Below, in pieces: positions 62,224-64,000 of a stretch of 64,000 bases of DNA (within the stretch, counting starts at the first letter, position 1; each line of letters begins with the position of its first letter). The DNA is from Verrucomicrobiota bacterium. GTDB lineage: Bacteria; Verrucomicrobiota; Verrucomicrobiia; Limisphaerales; AAA164-E04. The notes beneath the pieces were generated by a model. It saw only the letters and a list, made by a program, of their open reading frames with translations, was not told the origin of the DNA and ran no database searches. The stretch spans positions 5,504,001 to 5,568,000 of the forward strand of contig CP170459.1 in the NCBI GenBank assembly GCA_047947115.1, given 5' to 3'. The position numbers and the translations under genes are program-made.

Positions 62224-64000
62224 TCACTCCTTGATGCTCACAGAACGATTGTCACGTTGGCGCAACAACCGCCGCAACGGTTCCTCGCTTAATTTCCCTG
62301 AATCATCCATTAGAAGTGCCGCATTCTTTGTGAAGAAAAGATTCTTCTGTTTCCACATTTCCATCGTATTCCTGTAGCTTTCCAGTCGAACCGGGTATTC
62401 ATCCATAAAATCAAAGGGCGGCAAATCATTAGGCCAGGCGGATTCCAGACTCCTGCGCCCAATATATCGAACCACCGGATAGGGATCCATCAACAACTGG
62501 GAAAGAAACGGCGGCATCCATTGCACGCCCGAAATCTCCTGCGCCGGTTTCCATCCCATGTGCCAGGCCACAATGGCACGTTGCGCTGCATGTCCTTTTA
62601 ACATCCACAAAAGCGCCGCTGAAACGCTTTTCTGCTCATCGGTCAGGGACAGGCTTGGAGCATTGTAACGATCCATCATGTGGGTTTGAGTCCACTCCAG
62701 AGTCTTGTCCAGATGACATAAATTACAGGCATTGGGCACGCCAAATACGGCGCTTCCCTGCAGTTTTGGTGATTTCATCTCGTGACTGCGAATGGCTCCA
62801 AACAGGGCATAAGTTGTGTGAGGCATATGGCAGTTCAAGCAATCGCTTCCAGAGGAGTCAGGCGCATGAAACGTGTGTTCGCTGATCCGGTCGTTGTATT
62901 TTGCCTCCTGATGACATTGTACACAGGCCTGGTTGGAATCCATTCCCGATTTCAATTGATCTTTCGGAGGAGATTGATGCATGGAATGACAAGAAAGGCA
63001 GGACATTTTTCCCGATAAATAGCATTCGGACGATGACATGGCTGTGAACTCGCGCCCGCCCGCAAGAATGGTTCCGTCCTCCCACCAACGTTCCTGAAAG
63101 AACTGAGGATTCTTCTCAAGTTCATCCCATCGCTCGGGAGGATCTCCTTCTTTCGGGTAGTGGATGTAATAACGCGTATCGAACAGGTTGTCACCCGGTT
63201 TGAATTGGACGCCTTCGTGGGCAATTTTCATTCCGACCCTGTTGTTGGGTATGAATACCCCATGGCACTGACCACACACATGACTGGAACGTTCATGGTT
63301 TAACTTGGCTGGGTTCACGATGGTAGTGTCATCCTTCGATCCCAGGTGGGTTTGATATCGGTGGATCGGATTCTGATGGAATGCAATATGCTCTTTGCCT
63401 GGTCCGTGACAGGCCTCACAGCTGATGCCCAATTCCGCCACTTTCGTTTCCAACATCCCCGTTTTATCATTCAATCCGGGATTCCAACCAGTACCGTGGC
63501 ATCGAATACAATGATGATTCCATTGTGTCACCATGCGCTCCTGGTCATCCGGCCCCCTCATAAATGCCGCTTCCCGGGGAATCCAACGCTGGTCTTTGAT
63601 CAGATAAACTAGTGGAAGTGTCTGCAAAATATTGTCCATACGAGGACTTTCCACCCAATAGGTCTGATAATGATGTGATCCGGTCGTCAGCACCACTTGG
63701 CGATTCACATGAGGAATCCTGGTCAAGTCTCCCCCCTTGCCGCCTTGTACGGCCTGCATCAGCAGATCCGGATCCGGCATGTTGGCCCAATAGGTCTGGT
63801 TGGTTTGCGTCACTGTGTAATCAAGCCCCTCTGATGAGATGGTTTGCCCACTAAAGTCTCCAAGAACATTACCTTCTACAGGTAACATGGTCATGGAACG
63901 ATGGAATGTCCGCATCCAGGAGGCATGTTCGTCTGGATGACAAGTTTTGCAAGTATCGGACGAGGAATAATTCCCAAAACCACCCAATTCCGGGAGTTGA
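62224..64000 (-). CDS. Multiheme c-type cytochrome (5' end outside the window)
   Basis: Eight CxxCH motifs: CKTCH, CIRCH, CEACH, CGQCH, CLSCH, CVQCH, CLNCH, CNLCH. Confidence 0.9.
   Translation of the reverse strand, partial: QLPELGGFGNYSSSDTCKTCHPDEHASWMRTFHRSMTMLPVEGNVLGDFSGQTISSEGLDYTVTQTNQTYWANMPDPDLLMQAVQGGKGGDLTRIPHVNRQVVLTTGSHHYQTYWVESPRMDNILQTLPLVYLIKDQRWIPREAAFMRGPDDQERMVTQWNHHCIRCHGTGWNPGLNDKTGMLETKVAELGISCEACHGPGKEHIAFHQNPIHRYQTHLGSKDDTTIVNPAKLNHERSSHVCGQCHGVFIPNNRVGMKIAHEGVQFKPGDNLFDTRYYIHYPKEGDPPERWDELEKNPQFFQERWWEDGTILAGGREFTAMSSSECYLSGKMSCLSCHSMHQSPPKDQLKSGMDSNQACVQCHQEAKYNDRISEHTFHAPDSSGSDCLNCHMPHTTYALFGAIRSHEMKSPKLQGSAVFGVPNACNLCHLDKTLEWTQTHMMDRYNAPSLSLTDEQKSVSAALLWMLKGHAAQRAIVAWHMGWKPAQEISGVQWMPPFLSQLLMDPYPVVRYIGRRSLESAWPNDLPPFDFMDEYPVRLESYRNTMEMWKQKNLFFTKNAALLMDDSGKLSEEPLRRLLRQRDNRSVSIKE

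Overview
Bacterial chromosomal window, most likely Verrucomicrobiota/PVC. This is inferred from a DUF1549/1553-DUF1501 pair, a prepilin/H-X9-DG protein and many large secreted modular proteins. Housekeeping blocks are apbE-like, fumC, pyrB-pyrR, rpmH-rnpA-yidD-yidC-jag, tRNA-Arg(TCT) and tRNA-Ile2(CAT). Other content includes an intact IS4-family element with a 10-bp target duplication and several REP-like palindrome families. Main signals: (1) a ~1280-aa FG-GAP/ASPIC-UnbV-thioredoxin-TPR gene interrupted by one in-frame UGA followed by a SECIS-like hairpin, a candidate selenoprotein; (2) three cassettes with the same layout, one secreted orphan 'lead' protein followed by 2-3 tandem paralogous membrane-anchored proteins; (3) a shared ~55-aa C-terminal domain on unrelated secreted proteins; (4) a ~118-bp structured element present twice, 49 kb apart; (5) a ~5-kb segment bounded by a duplicated tRNA 5' half. 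Family names come from motif recognition by eye; no searches were run.
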